In this document: one piece after another, positions 31,045 through 37,643 of the stretch
Layout: every line of letters starts with the position of its first letter
How positions within the stretch are numbered: the first letter of the stretch is position 1
Source of the DNA: a virus
Length of the DNA: 37,643 nucleotides
IMG/VR virus record: IMGVR_UViG_3300012683_000007
Span: 1-37,643 of that record
Direction: 5' to 3' (one strand)
Position numbers and translations under genes: made by a program
The notes under the pieces: model-generated
The model's database searches: none
What the model saw: only the letters and a program-made list of their open reading frames with translations
Told to the model about the DNA's origin: nothing

Positions 31045-31902
31045 ATGCCAAAGTGGTATGAAGTTGGGATACCTGCAGCCACAACAGCGGTGGGATCTTA
31101 TTTTGGGGGACGTACTGGAGGAGCGGCAGGTAATGCTGCAGGTAATGCTATAGTTAGTATGATAGGTGGGAAAAAAGGCAAACAAGAGACCTCTAGTTAC
31201 CAGAATATACCACCAGAGTTATTACAGGCCTGGATGGGCACTTATGTTCCTGCGGCAACGAATTGGTATAACTCTGGTCCTAATGAATATCAGAAGCAAG
31301 CTACTGCTTCTTATGGAGGGGGACTTGCAGGTTTAGAGCAAGAATTACCAGGGTATCAGAAATTTTATGATGATAACCTGAGTAATAGGTATTTACGTCA
31401 ACTTGAGGATGATTCAAACTTAGAAAGAGAAAAAATAAGAGCGCGGTATGCAGGTCGGGGAGGATTAAATAATACATCTGTTGCGGCAGAATTAGGTTTA
31501 TTAGAGAAGAATAAACTAAATAGAGTGGCTGATTATAAGCATGATATGGCAGCTGAGAACTTCGATAAGGCTGTTGGATTACGTAGGCAAACACTAGCAG
31601 ATTTAATGACCGCTGGTGACCAGCCACGCCAGCACATAGATCAGTTAGGGGCATTATTACAGCGATTTCCAACTGGTGCTACGGGGCAGAACTATCAGAT
31701 GCCACAGCAAGTTAATTGGGGCGAAGCGAGTGGAGCTGCAATGGAAAACTTAGGCAAGCTTTTTGATAATCACCAAGGGAATCAAGCAAGTTATGTGCCT
31801 GCCTATGATGTTACTGGATGGAATGATGTAGGTGGTCAAATGCCATGGACAGCGCCAAATTATGGGTATCCTGGACAACCAGGGCAACCCGGTATTTATT
31901 AA
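31045..31902 (+). CDS. Internal virion protein (285 aa; Gly-rich N-terminus, Gln/Gly/Pro-rich C-terminus)
   Basis: AGGAG SD upstream. It sits in the T7 gp13-16-equivalent block. Confidence 0.65.
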   Translation: MPKWYEVGIPAATTAVGSYFGGRTGGAAGNAAGNAIVSMIGGKKGKQETSSYQNIPPELLQAWMGTYVPAATNWYNSGPNEYQKQATASYGGGLAGLEQELPGYQKFYDDNLSNRYLRQLEDDSNLEREKIRARYAGRGGLNNTSVAAELGLLEKNKLNRVADYKHDMAAENFDKAVGLRRQTLADLMTAGDQPRQHIDQLGALLQRFPTGATGQNYQMPQQVNWGEASGAAMENLGKLFDNHQGNQASYVPAYDVTGWNDVGGQMPWTAPNYGYPGQPGQPGIY

Positions 31903-31921
31903 TTAATTATAGGAAAATATT

Positions 31922-32281
31922 ATGCAAAATAATCAACAAATGGGAGGCATGCCGCAACTTGACATGGCTCAATTAAGTAATCTACTGCGGATGTATGGGA
32001 TGGGTCAACAAATACCACAGATGCCTCAACAGCAGATTCCACCTCAAATGTATCAGACCAGGCAAATGCAGCCAGCGGCTATGACTTCAGGTCCATCAAT
32101 GATGTATGGACAGCAACCACAACAGCAGATGCAATCTTCGGCAGGATTACAAATACCTCCGGGATATACTTATGATCCTAGAAATACTCAATACGGCATT
32201 CCAGGTGGCGCTAATAACCTGCAGTATACTTACCCTGGTGGTGTAACAGGCGCAGGAGCTTACCGGCCTCATACTGGATAA
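31922..32281 (+). CDS. Gln/Met/Pro/Gly-rich low-complexity virion protein (119 aa)
   Basis: Track ORF. Paralogous in composition to 32303..32710. Confidence 0.65.
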   Translation: MQNNQQMGGMPQLDMAQLSNLLRMYGMGQQIPQMPQQQIPPQMYQTRQMQPAAMTSGPSMMYGQQPQQQMQSSAGLQIPPGYTYDPRNTQYGIPGGANNLQYTYPGGVTGAGAYRPHTG

Positions 32282-32302
32282 AATCAATAATAGGAGAATG
32301 CT

Positions 32303-32710
32303 ATGCAAGGAACTAATAATATGGGACAGCAGCCAATGCAGGGCGCTCAAAGTAGTCCACAAATGGGACAATACGATCCAACACAGTTGAGTAGTTTAAT
32401 GAGTGCTGGTATGTCACCATATAAGTATAACCAGATGTCAGGACAACTACAGCAACAGTGGTTAGGGCAATACGGGCAGCAAATCATGGGGCAGCCATTT
32501 TCGCCATATCAGAGAGTCATTAATCAGCAGGGCATGCCACAGACTACATATACACAAAATGGAACCTATAGTATGTCTCCTGAGCAACTCAGTAGATTAT
32601 ACCAAGCTGGCAATATTACTGGTATTGGGCAGAATGGTTATACTACTGGGAAAATGTCATTAAATACTTTACCTCAGTATATAACTGCTGGATCAATGTA
32701 CAATTACTAG
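32303..32710 (+). CDS. Gln/Met/Gly/Tyr-rich low-complexity virion protein (135 aa)
   Basis: AGGAG SD upstream; composition as for 31922..32281. Confidence 0.65.
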   Translation: MQGTNNMGQQPMQGAQSSPQMGQYDPTQLSSLMSAGMSPYKYNQMSGQLQQQWLGQYGQQIMGQPFSPYQRVINQQGMPQTTYTQNGTYSMSPEQLSRLYQAGNITGIGQNGYTTGKMSLNTLPQYITAGSMYNY

Positions 32711-32718
32711 GAGCTTTT

Positions 32719-33858
32719 ATGCAAAATAATGATCTCATGTATGATCCCCACTTCTTGGCTAATCTTGCGATAATGCGCGGAACCCCTAGAAATGAGGCTA
32801 TATCACAGGCGGCTATTGATTCTCATAACATGCAGCAAACTAGAATGCAGCAGCAGAAACATGCTCAAGAACAGTTTATGGCTCAACAGCTACCCAAAAT
32901 TCTACACGAATTACAGGGGAAAAATCCATATGAGGCTGCAGAATTATTAGCTCGTGCTGGCTTAAAGGGTCCAGAGATTGGATTATTTTTAGAGAGATTG
33001 GGACTTGGAGGTGGAAAAACTGCAGCATCACAAACATTCACTGGCGCTGATAAAATGCGATATGAACTCTTCAAAGATGAACAAGGCCAAACTATGTCTC
33101 GGCCAATACCTGGGCAAGCTCCTATTAAGCCAAAAGTGAATGCCACAGAACAAAAAGATATAATTAAGATAAGAGAGCGAGCAAAGGCAGCGTTAAATAG
33201 TATACGTGAATTACACACATCAAGAGAGGCGCGCAAGGTCTTGCAAGGACAAACGGATGAGAATACAGGTCCTAATACAGCGCTTGCTAAACTTACAGAC
33301 CCAGATTTGCAACAAGATAGAGGAAAAATAGCGTATGCAGCGGGAGAAATAGCTGATTTTAGTTTATATACACCAGAAGCACGTGAAGCCAAGCAAATTA
33401 TTAGCAAAGTAAATGCTCATTTGATCCAAAATGCAATCAAAGCATTAGAAGGCACAGATACTAGAGCGTCTGTGTTTTTAGAAAAAATAATGAAACAAGG
33501 AACGCCGTTGAGTCATTTGGGAGAAAGGGCTGCAGGAATAGTATTAGATGAGTTTGAAATAATAATGGCTGATAGGGCGATTACAGATACTTTCATATCT
33601 AAGTATGCTGATGCTCATGGAACTACACAGGGGGCCGAAGCAGCTTTAACAGAGTTTAAGAAAACTGTGCCAACTATAGACCCACAAACAGGCTTATTTA
33701 ATGAAAAAGCCATAGAATTAATCCCACAGTTTATCCGTGGTACAACCGGTGGTGGCGAAGACTTTATTCCTGAGTTACAGTCATCCTATGTAGAGCCGCC
33801 TAAATCAGAGTGGGAAATGGCTAGGGATATATTAAGAGAAGATGGTACTATACAATAA
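32719..33858 (+). CDS. Internal virion / ejection protein (379 aa)
   Basis: AGGAG SD upstream; assigned by position. Confidence 0.65.
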   Translation: MQNNDLMYDPHFLANLAIMRGTPRNEAISQAAIDSHNMQQTRMQQQKHAQEQFMAQQLPKILHELQGKNPYEAAELLARAGLKGPEIGLFLERLGLGGGKTAASQTFTGADKMRYELFKDEQGQTMSRPIPGQAPIKPKVNATEQKDIIKIRERAKAALNSIRELHTSREARKVLQGQTDENTGPNTALAKLTDPDLQQDRGKIAYAAGEIADFSLYTPEAREAKQIISKVNAHLIQNAIKALEGTDTRASVFLEKIMKQGTPLSHLGERAAGIVLDEFEIIMADRAITDTFISKYADAHGTTQGAEAALTEFKKTVPTIDPQTGLFNEKAIELIPQFIRGTTGGGEDFIPELQSSYVEPPKSEWEMARDILREDGTIQ

Positions 33859-36098
33859 TGCAAGAAATGAGGAAAAAATCTAAGGCAGAGTTACTGGAGA
33901 TATATAGCCGTGGCCCAGATGGTACAAATACTACTATGCCATCAATCCCAAGAAAACGTAATATGCATGCGGAGAATGAGTTTGATCTAGAGGGGGCGCC
34001 AGAGGCGTTACAAGCATTTGGCAGTGGATATGTGCATGGCGGTACATTTGGCTATGCACCTAAAATTATAGGTGGTGCTGGTGCTGCAGTATTGCCGTAT
34101 GTTCGCCCAGACCTTTTTGGCGAATCTACTTATAAAGACCTATACAAAGAGCTTAGAGATACTGCGAGACAACAGGATCAAGAGCTTGCTGCCAATAGGC
34201 CTGGAGCACACTTTGCTGGCTCTGTAGCTGGCGCTGCAGGCCCAATGACTAGGATAGGTAAATTAGGCGGTAAGTTAGCGCCGGGAGCTTCAAAAGTATT
34301 GCCAGCTGTAGGGACTAAGAAAAGAGCGGCGTTAAGCGGGTTTGGATGGGGAGGATTACAAGGATTTGGGGAAAGTGATAAAGGAGAAGTTGGCAGTATT
34401 GGGCTGGGCAATGTTCTAGATGCCGCTGGGTTTGCGACTACTAGTGCTATAGCTGGCGCAGGCTTACAGTCTCTTTTTAATAATGCATTTGGCAAGTTAA
34501 CGCCAGAAGCTACAAAAGCGCTAGAGAGGGGACAGGCGTACCAAGATGTTAATATTCCTTATCGCAAAAGCCAACTTACCCTAAATCCTCAAGATGCAGC
34601 AAAAGAGGCGGAGTATCTAGCTGGGAAACATGGCAATACAAATGAGACACTTATGCGCAATCATATGGGTAAGCAAGAGGAGGCTTATCATGACTTAGTC
34701 CGTAATGCACGTAATTGGGGTGGAGAGAAGTTTATAGAAAAAGGTAGGCATCTTGGTGAGGCGGTTGATGTTGTAGCTATGCAAGCGAAGAAGGAACAAA
34801 AGGCTGCATCAGCTAATTATGATAAAGCATTCGCAAATGATGTGACTTTGGCGTCTGAAGATTTTCAAAGTCTGCCATTACAAATAGAGCGGGCACTAAA
34901 AAAAGTAGATTTAGACCAAGATATAGTTCCTCAAGCATATTTATATTTAAAAAAGCTTGGCAATAAGTTTAAAAAGCAAGAAAGCGGGCTAGATTTAAAT
35001 ACCAAAGTTACTTCTACTGAAGGGTCAATAATAAAGTCAGGTCGTGAGACCGTAAAGACGATATCTACTACTACTCCTACTAAGAGAATAAGTACTGATG
35101 AGACCCGTATAATTACAAAAGAGCCTAATAGGAAGATTACTGATATTGAGCGCAATAAGCATGTCACTCCAGAATTAGAAGAAGTTACACTAAATGGCAT
35201 AGAGAGATGGCGCCAGACCCTTGGCAAAGCTTTAGAAAAAGCGAAGAAGGATGGTAATGGTAATGAAGTAAATGCCATGATTAAAATACGTGATATGGTT
35301 GATGCACATGTCGATGATCTTCCTGAAATAGCCCCATTTAAGACTGCACGCCAGGTTTATAGGCAGCATATGGATGAGTATCATACTGATAACCCAAAAG
35401 AACTTGGCAAAAGGTTCATCCAAGATGTTGTAAAAAACCGGGCACACTATACTGATGAGATGATAGCAGATATGGTGCTAGGTACCAGTATAAGTGGATT
35501 TGATAAAGGTACTGCTCATATAGTTTACGAGTTAAAAAAGAACTTAAGTCCAATGGATTTTAATAAAATTAAGCTTGAGGCAGCAGATAAGTTGGTTAGC
35601 CCTTTATTGCAGGGCAAAAAGGGCAGCTTAGATGCATATATTGCTAATCTGCAGAATGTAAGAAAACAGTATCCTACCTTAATGAAGCACCTATTTACAC
35701 CCAAAGAAATGGCTGCTTTAGAGTATCTTGGTCATATTGGTAAACAAGTCTTAGCACATCCAAAAGGCCTGGCTGGCAATTCTTTGAAGGAAAAGTCTGT
35801 TAAGTCAGCGCTTTGGTTGCTAGGCAAGAAATTCCCTTTTATAGGAGGGCTAATAGAGGGAGCGCAAGATATAGCAAGTCGGCCACAACTTAACCAAGAG
35901 GCGATACTTAATACTATCCGCAAAGAAGGAATGGTTCGTGGCATGCCCGCGCCTGGCGCACAACAAAGTGCAGCATCGGCATTATTGCGGAAACAACCAC
36001 CTAAAGAGAAAGCAGAAGAACCTAAAGCACGTACAATGGCTGAAATGCGAACTCTCTCTAAAGATGAGTTATTGAGAATCTACACAGGTGTAAAATAG
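33858..36098 (+). CDS. Large internal virion / ejection protein (746 aa)
   Basis: TAATG coupling to the upstream gene. Its size and position match T7 gp15/gp16. No transglycosylase motif was recognised. Confidence 0.7.
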   Translation: MQEMRKKSKAELLEIYSRGPDGTNTTMPSIPRKRNMHAENEFDLEGAPEALQAFGSGYVHGGTFGYAPKIIGGAGAAVLPYVRPDLFGESTYKDLYKELRDTARQQDQELAANRPGAHFAGSVAGAAGPMTRIGKLGGKLAPGASKVLPAVGTKKRAALSGFGWGGLQGFGESDKGEVGSIGLGNVLDAAGFATTSAIAGAGLQSLFNNAFGKLTPEATKALERGQAYQDVNIPYRKSQLTLNPQDAAKEAEYLAGKHGNTNETLMRNHMGKQEEAYHDLVRNARNWGGEKFIEKGRHLGEAVDVVAMQAKKEQKAASANYDKAFANDVTLASEDFQSLPLQIERALKKVDLDQDIVPQAYLYLKKLGNKFKKQESGLDLNTKVTSTEGSIIKSGRETVKTISTTTPTKRISTDETRIITKEPNRKITDIERNKHVTPELEEVTLNGIERWRQTLGKALEKAKKDGNGNEVNAMIKIRDMVDAHVDDLPEIAPFKTARQVYRQHMDEYHTDNPKELGKRFIQDVVKNRAHYTDEMIADMVLGTSISGFDKGTAHIVYELKKNLSPMDFNKIKLEAADKLVSPLLQGKKGSLDAYIANLQNVRKQYPTLMKHLFTPKEMAALEYLGHIGKQVLAHPKGLAGNSLKEKSVKSALWLLGKKFPFIGGLIEGAQDIASRPQLNQEAILNTIRKEGMVRGMPAPGAQQSAASALLRKQPPKEKAEEPKARTMAEMRTLSKDELLRIYTGVK

Positions 36099-36182
36099 CA
36101 CTCCGTCCTTCAAATAAAATGTTTATGCAATATATTAAAATACTGTATACTAATCTCATGCAATCTATTTCATGAGGATTAT

Positions 36183-37292
36183 ATGGGCATGCCGAATACT
36201 GGCTTTATACGGGCCGAAGGAGTACACGTATCAACTGCTAATGGCAGCGATTTAATTCAATTACAGCGGCTGGATACCAGTATTGGCCAATATGCGCCGT
36301 ATCTTATCACAGCAACTAATCTCCTAACTAGCACTCCAGGCGGCTATACACCGGGTGCTGTGTTGTTCGCTAATGGTGCGGGTGATATTGCTGGCGATGC
36401 TACAAACCTGAGTTTCGATGATTCTGGCTTTGTTTTGAGTACGCTAAACTATAACGCTGGCGCCTCTGGCACTGCTGGTAGCCTCTCTATTTTCCCAGCA
36501 ACGGCTTCTAAGGGTAAGTTGCTATTCTCTGCTGCTAACTCTGCTGGCAATACCACTACCACTATTACAAACGCTTCTCAAGCCGGAGCACGCACATACA
36601 CTATCCCTGATGCTGGAGCTAGTGCTAGCTTTGTAATGACCGCTGGTACTCAGACTTTGACTGGGACTACCACGATTACAACGCTGAATACTACAACATT
36701 GAGTGTAGGCGCTTCTGGAACTGCTGGAACTTTGGATATATATCCTACTACCGCTTCTACTGGCAAAACCGAGTTTTTAGTAGCCTCTAATGCAGGTAAC
36801 ACTACCACAACCATTACTAATGCATCTCAGGCTGGTGCTAGAACCTATACGATTCCTGATGCTGGTGCATCTGCTTCGTTCATGATGACTCAGGGTGCTC
36901 AGACAGTAGTCGGCGTTCAAACTTTCAGCGCTATCCCTATAGGTACAGCAAGTGTAGTTCCGCTTTGCTTGGCGACCATCACAGCTCAAGCGGGTGCTGC
37001 TAGAATCATCTTTGTCGCGCCTTATAGTGGCACAATTACTGATGGTAGAGCTGCTATTGATGGGGCTATTACAGCTACTGATATCACTATTGCGCTACGT
37101 ATTAATACTACAGCCGTTACTACTGGTGCCATGACGCTTGCTAACTCCGGTTCCGGTTTTGGTACTAAGGCTAGCTGCGCTCCTTCGGCTGCTAATACAT
37201 TCGTCGCAGGCGATGTGATTAACGCCACCATTACTGGGGGTGTTGGAACTGTGGGTGGTGTAATCAACGTATACGTAACCAGAACAGCATAA
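36183..37292 (+). CDS. Fibre/spike-like protein in the T7 gp17 position (369 aa) with an internal 83-aa duplication
   Basis: GAGGA SD upstream. The protein is Thr/Ala/Gly-rich, and it follows the internal-protein block. Confidence 0.75.
   Translation: MGMPNTGFIRAEGVHVSTANGSDLIQLQRLDTSIGQYAPYLITATNLLTSTPGGYTPGAVLFANGAGDIAGDATNLSFDDSGFVLSTLNYNAGASGTAGSLSIFPATASKGKLLFSAANSAGNTTTTITNASQAGARTYTIPDAGASASFVMTAGTQTLTGTTTITTLNTTTLSVGASGTAGTLDIYPTTASTGKTEFLVASNAGNTTTTITNASQAGARTYTIPDAGASASFMMTQGAQTVVGVQTFSAIPIGTASVVPLCLATITAQAGAARIIFVAPYSGTITDGRAAIDGAITATDITIALRINTTAVTTGAMTLANSGSGFGTKASCAPSAANTFVAGDVINATITGGVGTVGGVINVYVTRTA
36459..36956 (+). repeat. Tandem 249-nt (83-codon) duplication, with units starting at 36459 and 36708
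   Basis: GASGTAGSLSIFPATASKGK...AGNTTTTITNASQAGARTYTIPDAGASASF aligns with GASGTAGTLDIYPTTASTGK...AGNTTTTITNASQAGARTYTIPDAGASASF. Confidence 0.85.
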
Positions 37293-37305
37293 TGGAGTGG
37301 CTTGA

Positions 37306-37643
37306 ATGGACTTTGATGGTCTTAATAATAAGTTTCATGACAAGCTATATGCGTTTATCGACAAGTGTAATGCTCACGAGATCGTTTTAGAGTTCGAAAC
37401 TGGGTTCGTTCACCCACGTGAACAAGCGCGGCTATGGAGGAAAGGCAGATCAGATAGTGAGATCGATGCAAAGATTGCGGAATTCCAGCTTGCCGATGCA
37501 GATTATTTGGTCAAGCTCTTAATAGATGCGCATGCTCCGGAAGGGCTCTCATTGACAGACGATCTCCCTGGTTTTACCTGGCATAACTGGGGACAGGCGT
37601 ACACTTTCTGCATCCTTGGTGAGGACGGCAGGCCGATCTTATC
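37306..37643 (+). CDS. 5' part of the junction-spanning M15-like peptidase ORF (continues at base 124 on the closed circle, ends at 307)
   Basis: GGAG SD 8 nt upstream of ATG 37306. The frame is open to the window end and continuous with 1..307. Confidence 0.6.
   Translation, partial: MDFDGLNNKFHDKLYAFIDKCNAHEIVLEFETGFVHPREQARLWRKGRSDSEIDAKIAEFQLADADYLVKLLIDAHAPEGLSLTDDLPGFTWHNWGQAYTFCILGEDGRPIL
37521..37643. repeat. Terminal overlap, copy 2 (identical to 1-123)
   Basis: Base-for-base identity with the window start. Confidence 0.95.

Noticed and set aside
32883-33407. The 174-aa minus-strand ORF, the longest antisense ORF in the window, and similar ones at 34178..34495, 34931..35278 and 31301..31672
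   Set aside because: They are nested antisense to tightly packed, SD-preceded plus-strand virion genes. They have no start context and Ser/Cys/Pro-rich nonsense-like composition.
36155-36178. The hairpin CTCATG-10 nt-CATGAG overlapping the SD of the gp17-position fibre gene, as a translational switch
   Set aside because: It has only 6 bp plus one wobble pair and is A/U-rich, so it is probably too weak to matter. I noted it but do not claim it.
1-37643. CRISPR arrays, transposons/IS elements, rRNA genes
   Set aside because: There are no regularly spaced direct repeats with unique spacers, no transposase-like ORFs or terminal inverted repeats, and no rRNA-like sequence.

Overview
The window is a complete tailed-phage genome that closes into a circle (or is circularly permuted). 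Bases 1-123 are repeated exactly at 37521-37643, giving a unit length of 37,520 bp, and the break falls inside an ORF. Almost all of it is coding, mostly on the plus strand.

Late genes follow a T7-like podovirus order: small and large terminase, portal, scaffold, HK97-type capsid resembling the N4 gp56 family, adaptor, nozzle, a run of internal/ejection proteins, and several fibre-like proteins. I see no phage RNA polymerase, DNA polymerase, helicase/primase or integrase. Replication and recombination functions are limited to a RecT-like annealase, an HTH replication initiator with iterons inside its own gene, and a VRR-NUC nuclease.

Four minus-strand islands interrupt the backbone:
- a Hin/Gin-type small serine recombinase next to two large modular tail-fibre genes;
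- a six-gene accessory operon ending in a 480-aa protein with a textbook eukaryotic-type U-box (E3 ubiquitin ligase) domain, a coiled coil and an Inc-like hydrophobic hairpin. This is the most unusual element in the window;
- the VRR-NUC gene;
- a RelE/ParE plus ribbon-helix-helix toxin-antitoxin pair between the terminase and portal genes.

Other points worth a second look:
- a free-standing sigma-70 region-4-like protein;
- an excisionase-HTH plus integrase arm-binding-domain protein with no catalytic domain;
- a repeat-dense intergenic hub at 8702-8887;
- two Gln/Met-rich low-complexity virion proteins;
- a duplicated fibre module that is recoded at nearly every codon;
- an M15-like endolysin homologue that appears to lack two metal ligands.

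No tRNA, rRNA, CRISPR array or transposon was seen. All functional calls come from motif recognition by eye plus gene order; no database search was possible. Promoter, terminator and operator calls are provisional.
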